This document shows positions 1 through 11,800 of a DNA stretch of 64,000 nt, one piece after another; position 1 is the first letter of the stretch; every line of letters starts with the position of its first letter. Under the pieces are notes generated by a model. It did not search any database, was not told the DNA's origin, and saw nothing but the letters and a program-made list of their open reading frames with translations. The translations under genes were made by a program, and so were the position numbers. This stretch comes from Gammaproteobacteria bacterium (GTDB lineage: Bacteria; Pseudomonadota; Gammaproteobacteria; G965277405): NCBI GenBank assembly GCA_965277405.1, contig OZ255726.1:1440001-1504000 (forward strand), given 5' to 3'.

Positions 1-1
1 T

Positions 2-1957
2 GCAAGCAATCTCAGCAAATTTACGGCACAACTGCGCGACAATCTCAATATCGACTTCAATCCAATTGATACAGCACTCGATACACAAGTCGCCCGTTAC
101 CAAGCACTACACAGCTGGTCAATCAACAATATTGGCGAATTTTGGCAACAGGCATGGCAGTTTTGTGATGTCCATGCATCCCGCCAACCCAGTGCATTTT
201 TTGTCGCTGGGACCACCATGCGTGATGCGCAATGGTGCCCTGATGCGTTACTGAACTATAGCGAAAATCTGCTGCGCCAATCAGCAACGCTAGCCATTGC
301 ATTGATTGAAATCAAAGAAAATGGTCACTCGCGCAATATTTCAGGCAAACAATTAAATGACAGCGTATACGCATTTGCTGCGGGGCTGCAGCACCTTGGC
401 ATCAAGCGTGGCGATTGCGTAGCGGCGGTATTACCCAACGGTGCTGATGCAGTCATCGGCATGTTGGCGACGGCAGCATTAGGTGCAATATGGACATCGT
501 GCTCGCCAGACTTTGGCGTATGCGGGATGGTTGACCGGTTGCAATTAGTCCAACCCAAAGTGCTCATCAGCACAGATGGGTATTGGTATAACGGCAAGCA
601 AATCGACACCCAAGCGACGATGCAGCAAGTCATTGACCACATCCCATCAATCGAAACAATTATTCAAAGTCGCTATGTCGGTAACAACCAACAATTACAA
701 AGCGAGGCAACTATATTAGATTTCGCCAGCGTTGCAGAGTTAGCAACGCCACTGCATAGCTGTGTGCAAGTAGGCTTCACAGCGCCGTTATTCATCATGT
801 TTTCCTCAGGCACTACAGGTACACCAAAATGCATCGTCCATTGCCATGGGGGTGTCTTGTTAAAACAGATAACCGAGCTACAACTCCATTGCGATATCAA
901 AACTGGCGACCGGATGTGCTTTTACACCACAACCGGCTGGATGATGTGGAATTGGTCACTATCAACACTTGCATGTGGAGCAACGCTAGTGTGTTACGAC
1001 GGCTCACCAGCGTATGGCAACATCAACAAATTTTGGCAAATTATTAGCGACTACAACGTCAGCCACATGGGGACCAGCCCCAAATATTTAGCCAGTTGCC
1101 AAGCCAGTCAACAACCGTTGCCAGCTGCCCCCAACTTACGCTTAGTCATCACGAGTGCCGCACCGCTGGCATCAAACATATTTGAATGGTTGTATCAATC
1201 GAATGTTGCCCATGCACAACTCGCACCAATAGCAGGCGGAACAGATATCCTTGGCTGTTTTTTTGTACCATGCCCGTGGCTTGCTGTGATTACGGGAGAA
1301 ATGCAATGCGTTGCTTTGGCAACAGACGTCGTTGCCATGCAAGAAGACGGCAGCATTGTGTATGGCGCACACCAGCACGGTGAACTCATTTGCCGTCAAC
1401 CATTCCCCAGCATGCCTGTATATTTTTTGCACGATGTTAACAACCAACGCTACCACGACGCCTACTTTGCCCAAATACCACCGTATTGGGCGCATGGTGA
1501 CTACATCTCATTGCGCGGCAGCGCGCATGGCATCGTGATTTATGGTCGCAGTGACGCCACGCTGAATCCAGCCGGGGTGCGCATTGGCACCGCAGAACTA
1601 TATAACGTTGTTGAAGCGATGGACGAAATCACTGAAGCACTGGCAATAGGCTATGACCACGATAGCGACCAATCCATTGTATTATGCGTGATACTTGCCA
1701 GTAGGCAAACGCTCACGGATGACTTGCATCAAGTCATCCGTAACACTATCCGCACCGCACTCACCGTCCGCCATGTGCCACGTTGGGTCTTTGCCGTTAC
1801 TGATATTCCGCGAACCAGCAACGGTAAAAAGATGGAAAAAAACGCCAAGCAATGGCTGTGCGGACAAACCAGCAGCAACGACTCACTCACCGCAGCACAA
1901 CTCGTTAGCAGCTATCAGGCAATCGGTACGCAGATACGCAAGCAACTCGACGACTAA
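2..1957 (+). CDS. Acetoacetate--CoA ligase (acetoacetyl-CoA synthetase), 5' end outside the window
   Basis: The frame is open from base 2 (YQALHSWSINNIGEFW). Motifs: IMFSSGTTGTPKCIVH, WTSCSPDFG, YTTTGWMMWNW, GRSDATLNPAGVRIGTAE. Confidence 0.9.
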   Translation, partial: ASNLSKFTAQLRDNLNIDFNPIDTALDTQVARYQALHSWSINNIGEFWQQAWQFCDVHASRQPSAFFVAGTTMRDAQWCPDALLNYSENLLRQSATLAIALIEIKENGHSRNISGKQLNDSVYAFAAGLQHLGIKRGDCVAAVLPNGADAVIGMLATAALGAIWTSCSPDFGVCGMVDRLQLVQPKVLISTDGYWYNGKQIDTQATMQQVIDHIPSIETIIQSRYVGNNQQLQSEATILDFASVAELATPLHSCVQVGFTAPLFIMFSSGTTGTPKCIVHCHGGVLLKQITELQLHCDIKTGDRMCFYTTTGWMMWNWSLSTLACGATLVCYDGSPAYGNINKFWQIISDYNVSHMGTSPKYLASCQASQQPLPAAPNLRLVITSAAPLASNIFEWLYQSNVAHAQLAPIAGGTDILGCFFVPCPWLAVITGEMQCVALATDVVAMQEDGSIVYGAHQHGELICRQPFPSMPVYFLHDVNNQRYHDAYFAQIPPYWAHGDYISLRGSAHGIVIYGRSDATLNPAGVRIGTAELYNVVEAMDEITEALAIGYDHDSDQSIVLCVILASRQTLTDDLHQVIRNTIRTALTVRHVPRWVFAVTDIPRTSNGKKMEKNAKQWLCGQTSSNDSLTAAQLVSSYQAIGTQIRKQLDD

Positions 1958-2004
1958 TACCACCACGTTATGACTAATACGCAGCTGCGCGCTGCGGCAG
2001 ATAA

Positions 2005-3411
2005 TTACAGACTATAGTACATAGCAAATTCAGCTGGATGCGTTGACATGCGCACACGGTCAACATCTACTTGCTTGATTGCGATATATGCATCAATCAG
2101 GTCATCGCTAAATACCCCACCTTGCTTAAGAAAATCACGATCAGCAGCCAATGCCGCTAAGGCAACATCTAACCCTTGGGCAACAGTTGGCAGATTTTTC
2201 GCTTCTTCTGGTGGCAAATCGTACAAATCTTTATCTGCTGGATCACCTGGGTGGATTTTGTTGGTTATTCCATCAATACCGGCCATCATCATGGCAGCAA
2301 ACGCCAAGTAGGGATTCGCCGTGCAATCTGGGAAGCGGACTTCAATGCGGCGTCCTTTTGGATTGGCAATATACGGAATGCGAATTGATGCAGAGCGGTT
2401 ACGCGCAGAATATGCACAAATAACTGGTGCTTCAAAACCTGGCACTAAGCGCTTGTATGAGTTGGTAGATGCATTGGTGAATGCATTCAACGCTCGCGCG
2501 TGTTTAATAATGCCGCCGATATAATACAAGGCATCATCACTCAAGCCAGCATAGCTATCGCCAGAAAAAATATTGACACCATCTTTCATGATTGATTGGT
2601 GGCAATGCATCCCAGACCCATTATCACCAACCAACGGTTTTGGCATAAATGTTGCTGTTTTTCCATAGTTATGGGCAACATTATGCACACAATATTTATG
2701 AATTTGCAACTCGTCAGCCTTGCGCATCAATGAGTTAAACTTTGCGCCAATTTCGCATTGTCCGCCAGTTCCTACTTCATGGTGATGAACCTCTACCTCC
2801 AGCCCCATATCTGCCATTGCTTGACACATTTCAGCGCGTAAGTCGCTCAACGAATCCACAGGTGGTACTGGCAAATACCCGCCTTTAACTCCCGGGCGAT
2901 GTCCGGTGTTGCCGTCTGCAAACTTGCCGTTGCTACTCCACGCACCTTCTTCACTGTCAATTGAATATGCAGTGCTGTGCATATGCGTTTGCCAACGCAC
3001 AGAATCAAACACAAAGAATTCTGGTTCTGGTCCAAAATATGCGGTATCACCAAGGCCTGTTGACTTTAGATACATTTCTGCACGTTTTGCAGTCGCTCTT
3101 GGGTCTCTGCTGTATGATTGACCAGTCGCAGGCTCAATTATACAACAGCGCAATAATAATGTTGGGCGTTGGGCAAATGGATCCATGACTGCAGAGCTAT
3201 CGTCTGGCATCAAAATCATGTCAGATTCGTTAATCCCTTTCCAGCCTACAATTGATGACCCATCAAACATCCGTCCCGATTCAAATAAGTCTTCGTCAAT
3301 CGAATCGACGGGGTATGAAATATGTTGCTCTTTGCCGATGGTATCGGTGAAGCGAAAATCAACCCACTCAACTTTATGAGTTTCAATAAGTTCGAAAGTT
3401 TTTTCTGACAT
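2005..3411 (-). CDS. glnA: Glutamine synthetase type I
   Basis: [41 protein letters not shown], adenylylation site [10 protein letters not shown]. Confidence 0.98.
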   Translation of the reverse strand: MSEKTFELIETHKVEWVDFRFTDTIGKEQHISYPVDSIDEDLFESGRMFDGSSIVGWKGINESDMILMPDDSSAVMDPFAQRPTLLLRCCIIEPATGQSYSRDPRATAKRAEMYLKSTGLGDTAYFGPEPEFFVFDSVRWQTHMHSTAYSIDSEEGAWSSNGKFADGNTGHRPGVKGGYLPVPPVDSLSDLRAEMCQAMADMGLEVEVHHHEVGTGGQCEIGAKFNSLMRKADELQIHKYCVHNVAHNYGKTATFMPKPLVGDNGSGMHCHQSIMKDGVNIFSGDSYAGLSDDALYYIGGIIKHARALNAFTNASTNSYKRLVPGFEAPVICAYSARNRSASIRIPYIANPKGRRIEVRFPDCTANPYLAFAAMMMAGIDGITNKIHPGDPADKDLYDLPPEEAKNLPTVAQGLDVALAALAADRDFLKQGGVFSDDLIDAYIAIKQVDVDRVRMSTHPAEFAMYYSL

Positions 3412-3653
3412 GGTATTCCTCAAGTAAGCGATACAATATTATATTAACTATTAATTAATTAATTATTAATTAATGTGCACAAACATAGCTACTGGCTTGT
3501 ACTGATTTTACAATGTTTTAACACACAATATGCTGTTTTTTTGTATGGCTTAACGGAAACTCTGCTTAAAGTCATGATGGGCGAAAACAATGTATAGAGG
3601 TGCACATATGGCTGTAACCGTGGTGTGTTAGGACATAATTAAAGTGGGCTTAT

Positions 3654-3940
3654 GGAAGCTCTGATTAATTCCATGATGGGCGAGACGGAGAAAAAACGCT
3701 GCTGAAACTTAAGCACAGTGCGCAGATAATACTGGTGGTCTTGTGGGTGTTGCCAAGTGCTGCAACGACGCAGCGCAGCGTTTTTTCCCGTCCTTCTGTT
3801 GAATATATATGATGGTTTGCTGCAATTGCTGTGTTGCATCCCTTGGCGTATATGCTACGGCATGCGCCTGCGGAATGCGCCTTGCAATCATCAGCAATTG
3901 CAGGCAAACTCGCTCCATCAGCGAGTTAATCAGAGGTTCC
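3654..3940. mobile_element. MITE copy 1 (287 bp, IS5-type ends, TTAT target duplication)
   Basis: TIRs GGAAGCTCTGATTAA / TTAATCAGAGGTTCC. TTAT lies on both flanks (3650-3653, 3941-3944). No transposase inside. Multiple copies in the window. Confidence 0.9.
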
Positions 3941-4669
3941 TTATGTGAGGCTAGGTTGACTAAGCTCAGCAATAAATTTTTGTAAGAAAGGCCGCTCAAA
4001 TACATCGCCATTGACGATGGTGTTATTGTGGGTCAAAATATCCAAATCGATAATTCTTGGCGCAGTAGGCGCGGTGTTACGCCCCATAGCCACTTCTATC
4101 GCGCGCAGTTGTTGCTTGAGCAAAATAGGGTCTAACCACGAAATAATAGCGACAGCCGTATTAATGTAATCAGGTTGGTTTTCCACACCGACAGGAGCAG
4201 TTTGCAACTGCGCAGTTGCGCCTATGACGTTAAACTGTGTATGCAATAACCCTAGCGCTATGTTGATATTCTTGCTCGGGTCAATGTTCGACCCCAGCCC
4301 AATGACAAACTTTGACTTGTGGCGGGTGAGCGTCAGCGTAACCCCGGTACTGTGCGCATGGCGCAACGCCCTGCCTTTATCGATTGTTACCGTTGCCCGA
4401 GTAATGCGTGTATCAAAATCGAGCACCATTTTGGTAGCTTCAAGCACCAGCCGTTCGATTAGCCCAAAGTGCTGACTCGCGGCAAACGCGCGTATTGCGA
4501 CGCTGAGGGCTTTGTAATCGACTGTTGTCTCGATGTTGTCTGCAGCAAAACCATCATTCAGGTTGGCTTGCAACTCTATGGATAGCAGTAACCGCTGTTT
4601 GACGAGTTTTTCCCATGCATAAATGCCGACAGAGCAATCACAAGCGAGTTGTTTAATCCAAATTTGCAT
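3941..4669 (-). CDS. FolB-FolK fusion (dihydroneopterin aldolase + HPPK)
   Basis: N-half VGIYAWEKLVKQRL...TVDY (FolB). C-half IGLGSNI...QPDYIN...PRIIDLDIL (FolK). Confidence 0.88.
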   Translation of the reverse strand: MQIWIKQLACDCSVGIYAWEKLVKQRLLLSIELQANLNDGFAADNIETTVDYKALSVAIRAFAASQHFGLIERLVLEATKMVLDFDTRITRATVTIDKGRALRHAHSTGVTLTLTRHKSKFVIGLGSNIDPSKNINIALGLLHTQFNVIGATAQLQTAPVGVENQPDYINTAVAIISWLDPILLKQQLRAIEVAMGRNTAPTAPRIIDLDILTHNNTIVNGDVFERPFLQKFIAELSQPSLT

Positions 4670-5396
4670 GGTTTTGCATATGTTGTCCGTTATCAATAAA
4701 TAAAAGTTGCCCAGTAACCGCGGTGTTGCCGATTAAAAAATCAAGTCCGTTGCATATATCATCGATTACTACAGATTTTTTTAATGGGGTATTGATACAC
4801 ACTTGGGTAAACTGGCTAGGGTTATCAGCCGCAGCGAACACTGGCCCCGGGCAAAGCGCGTTGACACGAATTGTCGGCGCTAACGCCTGCGCTTGCATCA
4901 TGGTCGCAGCTGCCAGTGTTTGCTGGGTTAAAGTATAGCCAAAGTGGTCGCAACGCACTGCGGTAATCCGTGCGTCAATCATATGGATAATTGTAGGGCT
5001 GGATGGTGTATCTGTTTGCTCGGCATGAAATTGCGCGAATAATTTATTCAAAGCTATCGGAGTAAATATATTCAAGGCAAACTCTGCTGGTAACGTGGCA
5101 GCATCCAACTCAAAGAAAGAGACGTTTTCAAAGCTCGATGCATTATGAATTAGCACGTCACAACTGCCAAAATGGGTAATGACATCGGTAAACAACGCTA
5201 CCGCTGCATGTGGTTGGCGTAGATCCGCCTGAAAAACATGGCATCTATCAGGGCAAGCCGCCGCAATTACAGCGGCTTGCGCCGCGTTGCTGTGATAGTG
5301 CAACGCTACTTTATACCCTGCATTGGCAAAATATCTCGATAAGCCAGCCCCTACCCGCGTCGCCGCACCAGTGATCAATACAACAGGCATCCGCAT
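4653..5396 (-). CDS. Pteridine reductase / FolM-like SDR
   Basis: VLITGAATRVG, VALHYHS, IRVNALCPG, VTGQLLFIDNG. Lies next to folBK. Confidence 0.8.
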   Translation of the reverse strand: MRMPVVLITGAATRVGAGLSRYFANAGYKVALHYHSNAAQAAVIAAACPDRCHVFQADLRQPHAAVALFTDVITHFGSCDVLIHNASSFENVSFFELDAATLPAEFALNIFTPIALNKLFAQFHAEQTDTPSSPTIIHMIDARITAVRCDHFGYTLTQQTLAAATMMQAQALAPTIRVNALCPGPVFAAADNPSQFTQVCINTPLKKSVVIDDICNGLDFLIGNTAVTGQLLFIDNGQHMQNHANLD

Positions 5397-5528
5397 TCAC
5401 CGCTCCGAATATGCAAATAATGGATAATATACTCAATATACCTTGGATTAAGGTAATAAATCAATTGTCAAGCTGCTTGTTTTACTTACACTGCACGCCC
5501 TTTCTCTTTCTGAATTACAAATAAACAT

Positions 5529-5876
5529 ATGGTAGTTATACGACTCGCGCGTCGCGGCTCACATAAGCGTCCTTTTTATGCGATTACTGTTGCCGATAAA
5601 CGCGCTGCCCGCGATGGAAAATTTTTAGAACGAGTTGGTTATTTTAACCCGCTTGCCCGTGGACAAGAACAGCGACTGCATGTCGACCAAGCGCGTGTTG
5701 CCCATTGGATAGCGCAAGGCGCGCAGCCAAGCGACCGCGTGAAGCAATTAATCAGTGATGCCAACAAAGACCCCCAGCTGCTCGCAGAACAACGCCAAGT
5801 AAAACTGGATCGGCGTATAGCAAAACGCCAAGCAGCAAAACAAGCAGCGACGGCAACAGCAAGCGCAACATCATAA
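5529..5876 (+). CDS. rpsP: 30S ribosomal protein S16
   Basis: [17 protein letters not shown]...[13 protein letters not shown]. Confidence 0.97.
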   Translation: MVVIRLARRGSHKRPFYAITVADKRAARDGKFLERVGYFNPLARGQEQRLHVDQARVAHWIAQGAQPSDRVKQLISDANKDPQLLAEQRQVKLDRRIAKRQAAKQAATATASATS

Positions 5877-5886
5877 TACCGTCAAT

Positions 5887-6438
5887 GTGGCTGACAAAAC
5901 GCTGATTCTTGTTGGTCAAGTTGGTAGGGCGTGGGGAATTACTGGGTGTAATAAATTTCAATCGTATACCCAACCGCAACAGCGTATCCGTGAGTACGCG
6001 CCGTGGTACTTGTTAGACAAAACCCACCTGCCTTTTGCAGATACACTGAGTGCAGCAGCTGTGCATGCAGAATTGATCGAAATCCAGCCGACGTGTACTG
6101 CAAATAATTCCATCCGTATCGCCCATTCTGATTCACCACATACGGCGCAACAATATGTTAACGCAGCTATTTACGTTGATTCAACCCAGTTACAAGCAAC
6201 TGACGCCGATGAGTTTTATTGGCATGAATTAATCGATAAACGCGTTATTCATCTCGACGATAGCGACTATGGTAGGGTTGATACATTACAAAGCGTTGGC
6301 AGCACCGATGTATTAGTCGTAGTTCCTGACCAGCAATCCTGCGATAACCAGCAACGCATGATTCCATTCATTATCGGTCGTTACATCCACCGCGTAGCGG
6401 CAACCGCAATCCACGTCGATTGGCCAGCAGACTACTAA
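5887..6438 (+). CDS. rimM: Ribosome maturation factor RimM
   Basis: VGQVGRAWGITG, DEFYWHELI, MIPF...IHVDW. Follows rpsP. Confidence 0.9.
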   Translation: MADKTLILVGQVGRAWGITGCNKFQSYTQPQQRIREYAPWYLLDKTHLPFADTLSAAAVHAELIEIQPTCTANNSIRIAHSDSPHTAQQYVNAAIYVDSTQLQATDADEFYWHELIDKRVIHLDDSDYGRVDTLQSVGSTDVLVVVPDQQSCDNQQRMIPFIIGRYIHRVAATAIHVDWPADY

Positions 6439-6504
6439 CAACTTTGAACATGGAGAGGAGCAACGCGGTGGTGGGATGCACGGCGGGGTGGGCGGTGAAT
6501 TACC

Positions 6505-6550
6505 GCGTTTTTTCTCCGTCTCGCCCATCATGGACTTAATCAGAACTTCC
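6505..6550. mobile_element. Isolated MITE end (terminal fragment)
   Basis: GCGTTTTTTCTCCGTCTCGCCCATCATGGACTTAATCAGAACTTCC followed by CTAA. It closely matches the reverse complement of the start of MITE copy 1. Confidence 0.85.
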
Positions 6551-6579
6551 CTAATAACCTCGTCTTGCTGTAGTATAGC

Positions 6580-6837
6580 TTAGCTAGTGTTGCGGTAATG
6601 TTCGATTATGCGGTTGATGAGCGGTTGCAATGATTGTTCTGCGGCAAGCCCACGTATCAGCCAGTCGAATAGCTGTGGGTCTTCGTGGGCAACAAGGCGT
6701 TGATATAGAGTAATTGCTGCTGGTGACATTGTGGCATAGTTATCGCGAATATACGTTGAAAGTAGTAAGTCTAGCTCGAGCATTCCCCGCGAACGGCTAT
6801 GCCAATACAACTGATTATAAAGTGAATGTGAGTCCAT
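6580..6837 (-). CDS. sdhE: FAD assembly factor SdhE
   Basis: LYWHSRSRGMLELDLLL...EDPQLFDWL. Divergent from ygfZ. Confidence 0.88.
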   Translation of the reverse strand: MDSHSLYNQLYWHSRSRGMLELDLLLSTYIRDNYATMSPAAITLYQRLVAHEDPQLFDWLIRGLAAEQSLQPLINRIIEHYRNTS

Positions 6838-7645
6838 GAATCGAGTAACTTGTGTAGTATCAAATTGGTCTGCGCTGCGCATTGTTGGCGATACAGCTGC
6901 GGCGTTGCTGCAAGGGCAATTAACGTGTGATTGCACGCCGCTGCAGCAGCAAGGTTTTGGGGCTGCGTGTAATACCAAAGGTAGAATAGTTGCTAATTTT
7001 GTTATTGTTCTACAAAATATCGATGATTACTTGTTATTTCTGCCAAGCGATAGCGCGGCATTGTTGCTGGCACATTTGCGGGTGTACGCCCCATTTTATC
7101 GTGGGGTACAATTGCAAATAATGCCGCAACAAGTTGTGGTGTGTTGGTGCGCTGAACTCGCGGATACAACCGATGCCAAGCAGCGCATGCAATACGCGCT
7201 AGCAAATTGCAGCTGGCGTATAGCAGAGGCTGAATATAACAGTGAAGATACCGCAACCAATGAACGCGCTTGGCATGCCTGGTGTATCCAGCATTTGCTG
7301 TATTTTGTCGATGCAGCGACCAGTGGGGAAAAATTAGTCCACGAACTTGGACTGCATTTGCTGGCAGTATCTTTTGAGAAAGGTTGCTACACGGGACAAG
7401 AGATTGTCGCGAGGGTTCATTATCGAGGGAAAAGCAAAAAGATTATTGGTTTTGGTACACTCAGCAGCGCTATCCACTGCAACAATGCGGTAATCATCGC
7501 CGCTAATGAAGTTGCCGGGCATGTGTTGACGTATGTTGCAGGGGAAACTACCACATACGTGTGCGGACAAATTCAGCGCAAGCATACAGCGGCAGAGCTG
7601 TGTATTGGCAATGAAAAATTGCAACTCGATTGTTGGGCCGAGTAA
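6836..7645 (+). CDS. ygfZ: Folate-binding Fe-S/tRNA-modification protein YgfZ
   Basis: LLQGQLTCD and the signature VSFEKGCYTGQEIVAR. Confidence 0.92.
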   Translation: MNRVTCVVSNWSALRIVGDTAAALLQGQLTCDCTPLQQQGFGAACNTKGRIVANFVIVLQNIDDYLLFLPSDSAALLLAHLRVYAPFYRGVQLQIMPQQVVVCWCAELADTTDAKQRMQYALANCSWRIAEAEYNSEDTATNERAWHAWCIQHLLYFVDAATSGEKLVHELGLHLLAVSFEKGCYTGQEIVARVHYRGKSKKIIGFGTLSSAIHCNNAVIIAANEVAGHVLTYVAGETTTYVCGQIQRKHTAAELCIGNEKLQLDCWAE

Positions 7646-7755
7646 TCCAAGTTGGGTTGCGAAAATTTTATACGGTATATCGTTGCATGGCGCAATAAAT
7701 CTATACACTCATCGGCTACCATATCGCCCACCATATAACATGATAATTTAATACT

Positions 7756-8892
7756 ATGCAACCGATTGACCAAACTGGAGTGGTCCAGCAAAGACTGATT
7801 ATCCGCATCCTTAAACACGGCTCATTTCCTGCTGCATTATTATTTTTGTCAACATCATTATGGATGCTGTCAGGGCACAATGAAAAAGGCGACGATGTGT
7901 CAATCGTGCAAAGCGTTGCTGTCAGTGATTTTCGCGTACAGGTACAACAGTTTCCAAAACAGCAAGTAGTGCAATTGCTAACATTGAACGGCTTAACCGC
8001 GGCAATGAAATCCGTCGACCTCGTCAGCGAATATTCGGGCACAGCCACCAAAGTATTTGTCGCTAACGGGGCCTTAATTGCCGCTGCTGCTAAAATCATC
8101 CAACTCAATCAAAACGCGCTCCCTGCAGTATTGGCGGCCAAACGCGCAGCTGTCCAATCAACTAGTTTAAATTACAATTCAATATTAAATCTACACAAAA
8201 AAGGCTTGGTTGCTGATGCTGCGTTGAAGAGCCAACTGGTTGTGTTGCGCAATGCGCAGGCAAGCGTTGCGACTACAACCCAACAACTCAAGCGGACGTT
8301 AATAAAATCGCCATTTGCGGGAGTGTTGGAACGCTTTAATATTGAAGTAGGCCAATATGTGGACTCTGGAGATGTAATCGGAACGGTAAATGACTTTAGC
8401 CATCTTAAGGTCAATGCGGTACTAAGCGAAAAGGAAGTGTTTGCCATTCGCAACCGTGGTGTGTCTTACGTAGACATTGTGTTTGCAGCAGGCGTTACCC
8501 AGTCTGCTGTTATCAATCATATTAGCACAGTAGCGGATAACAATAATCGCGGTTTCGCGCTTGAGTTGCTGGTCAACAATCCACCAGAACGTTTAAAAAT
8601 AGCGGGAGTAAGTGTCGAAATTTCAATTGCTGTCAAGCAGATAGATGCAGCAATCCTATCGCCTGCGTTGTTCTCGTTAAACAATCTTGGAGAAATAGGG
8701 ATCAAATATGTTGATACAAATAACAAAGTTGCATTTTTGCGCATAACCGTGCTGGGGACTCAACCCCAAGGAGCCCAGGTAATTGGCGAAGGATTGTTTG
8801 ACAAAAGAATTATTACATCTGGGCAAGGGTTCGTCAAAGAAGGACAAACAGTCGTTGCTGTGGCTGTTGCAACAGCCACAGGAGCACAATAG
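7756..8892 (+). CDS. RND efflux periplasmic adaptor (MFP)
   Basis: N-terminal TM segment, IKSPFAGV..VGQYV lipoyl-like hairpin. Directly upstream of the RND gene. Confidence 0.85.
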   Translation: MQPIDQTGVVQQRLIIRILKHGSFPAALLFLSTSLWMLSGHNEKGDDVSIVQSVAVSDFRVQVQQFPKQQVVQLLTLNGLTAAMKSVDLVSEYSGTATKVFVANGALIAAAAKIIQLNQNALPAVLAAKRAAVQSTSLNYNSILNLHKKGLVADAALKSQLVVLRNAQASVATTTQQLKRTLIKSPFAGVLERFNIEVGQYVDSGDVIGTVNDFSHLKVNAVLSEKEVFAIRNRGVSYVDIVFAAGVTQSAVINHISTVADNNNRGFALELLVNNPPERLKIAGVSVEISIAVKQIDAAILSPALFSLNNLGEIGIKYVDTNNKVAFLRITVLGTQPQGAQVIGEGLFDKRIITSGQGFVKEGQTVVAVAVATATGAQ

Positions 8893-8895
8893 AGC

Positions 8896-11800
8896 ATGGG
8901 GATTACGCAAAACGCCACTGGCTGGATAGATACTTTAATACAATATAAGCGCAGTGTTTTGATAATCACTGGCTTGGTTTTGGTGAATGCTGCTGTTGCG
9001 TTAGTCACAATAACGAAGGAAAACTTTCCTGATATTAACATTCCTATCCTGTATATCAGCATTAAGTTGAGCGGGATTAGCCCAGATGATGCAGAAACTT
9101 TATTGATAAACACGATTGAAGGCGAATTATCGGATATCGACGGGTTAAAACACATCACCACGACTGCAAGCCAGGGGCATGGGTCTATCCACCTAAGATT
9201 TAACGCTGGCACTGATATGAAAAAGGCGAAGGAGGACACCCAAGAGCGGCTCGACTCTGTCGAAAAAAATTTACCAGCTGACGCTGATAAACCGACGTTG
9301 CACGAGATCAATGTAGCGCTGTTTCCAATCATGTCTGTTGCGCTTGTCGGTGATGTTGATGAGCAAGAGCTATTGCGTGTTGCCCGCTTATTGAGCGATA
9401 AGTTTGAGAGTGTTCCAGGGGTATTAGAAGCAAAAATTATCGGTGAGCGTGAGGAATTGATTGAAATTGTTGTTGATTTGCAAAAGGTAAATAACCTTGG
9501 CTTAAATTTGCTGAGTGTCGCCAACATGATTCGCCGCAATAACCAATTGATTGCTGCTGGTTCATTTGACCCTGGGGTAGGTCGCTACACCCTCAAGGTG
9601 CCTGGAAGAATCGACACCATCCAACAGTTCTATGACCTGCCCGTGGCAAAGTTAGGTGCTGAAATAATCAAGCTGAAAGATGCTGCTGAAGTGCAAAGGA
9701 CATTTAAAGATGCGACAACACTGTCACGGTTTGATGGGCAACAAGCATTGACGATTGATATTTCTAAACGGGTTGGGGCTAATATTTTAGCGACAGTTGA
9801 CGGGGTTAAAGACGTGTTGGCACAAGCGCAACCACACCTGCCAAAAAATATTCAGTATGAAATCGCCAGCGACACCTCTGTCCAAACCAGGACATCGCTG
9901 GCAAGCTTATTTAACAATGTAATATTTTCTACGCTGTTGGTAATCATTGTGATTATGTCTATTTTAGGCGTTCGCAATTCAGTGTTGGTTGGACTGACCA
10001 TCCCGTGTTCTTTTTTGATAGGAATACTGTTGTTGCAACTGCTTGGCTATACGTTGAACATGGTAGTGTTGTTTAGTTTAATAATGAGCGTAGGTATTTT
10101 AGTTGATAGCGCAATTGTGGTTGTCGAAAGTGCTGATCGTTATATGCTGCAAGGAATGTCGCGCGCGCGGGCTTTTGCCATGGCATCAAAGATTATGGGT
10201 CCGCCAATTATTGCCTCGAATGCGACGACACTGGTAGCTTTTGCACCGTTGCTGTTTTGGCCCGATACGATTGGTGAATTCATGAAGTTTCTGCCAATAA
10301 CTTTAATCGCTACCTTGTGTGCATCAATTGTATTTGCCTTAATTATTATTCCTGTGGTTGGCTCAGTCATTGGTAGGCCTGGAGGAACGCCAAAATCTGC
10401 GCATGAAATTGATGCATTCTTTACTACTGGTAATGTTGCGGTTTTATCTGGTTTCACCAGCTGGTATGTGCGCATTATGAACACATTGATTGTGCATCCA
10501 ATGAAGGTGATTATTGCGATCGTGTGGGTGTTTGTAGCCGTTGTAGCGCTGTATGGGATGTATGGCAAAGGGACTAATTTTTTTCCTGCTGACGAGCCAG
10601 AACGTGGGCAAGTGACTGTTCGAGCTCGCGGTGATTTATCGATTACTGAGCGCGATGCAATCGTGCGTAAGGTTGAAGCTGCGCTATTTAGCTTTGGTGA
10701 AATCAAGCATATCAGCACCAAGGTTTTTACTACTCCTGCCAGGAACGTTGCCGCTGATACGATTGGCGAGTTAAATGTTGATTTCAAGGATTGGCAGATT
10801 CGCCGACCAGCCAAAGAGATTTTTGCTGATATCCGCAAGGCAACGAATAATCTGATACCAGGAGTGGTTGTTAACACGATGCTTGAACAAGATGGTCCTC
10901 CAGCTGCAGCAGATGTGATGCTCGATATTCGCGGGTCTAACATTGCCAATGTTGCTGATGGCGTTGCAAAAATAAAGACACTCCTTGAATCAATCGGTGG
11001 TTTGTATCAGATACAAGATAGCCGGCCATTAACTGGGCTTGAATGGTCAATTATCGTCGATAAGGCCGAAGCAGCAAAATATGGGCTGACTGTCGGAGAT
11101 GTTGGTTCAATGATCAAGTTGGTGACCAGCGGGGTGTTTGTCACAGATTATATTTCCCATGTTGGCTCTAATGATAAAATTGACGTTGTGGTGCGCCTGC
11201 CCCATACGCAAAGATCAATTCAAATGCTCGAACAGCTGCGCATTGTTACAACCAATGGTGAAGTAGCATTATCAAATTTAATTAGCCGTCAACCAAAACA
11301 AAAACAAGGTGCACTCGTCAAAATTGATGGTGAGTATTCGTATAGCATTCAGGCAGATATTGAGGCAGGGGCTGACAAGCCCAGTAGCATAAATAAGGTG
11401 GTTAGCGCAGTTAAAAAAGTTGGCTTTTTGGGTGATACAACATACCGTTTCCGCGGCAATCAAGAAAATCAAGAAAATTCACAACGGTTTTTAATGCAAG
11501 CATTTGGGATTGCATTCGTGGTGATGCTGCTGGTGTTGGTAACCACATTTAATAGCATTTCGCAAGCATTGTTGATCTTGAGTGCCGTCATGTTTTCCGT
11601 AATCGGAGTGTTTATTGGCTTGATGATTAAGGGCGAGCCGTTTGGTATCGTGATGAGTGGTGTGGGTATTATCGCGTTATCAGGAATTGTTGTTAACAAC
11701 AACATTATTCTGGTGGAAACCTTTAACACTATTCGCCAATCGATGAATTGTACGATTAAAGATGCAATTCTTAGAACGTGTGCGCAGCGACTGCGCCCGG

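Noticed and set aside
3425-3620. sigma54/NtrC sites upstream of glnA
   Set aside because: The region has an AT-rich TTAATTAA tract and two TGCAC half-sites, but I found no convincing -24/-12 box or full NtrC palindrome.
3639-4011. Small ORFs recurring here and at 22333, 41695, 46004-46478, 49032-49573, 51214 and 60906
   Set aside because: They are translations of the MITE and leader in various frames and carry no transposase motifs.
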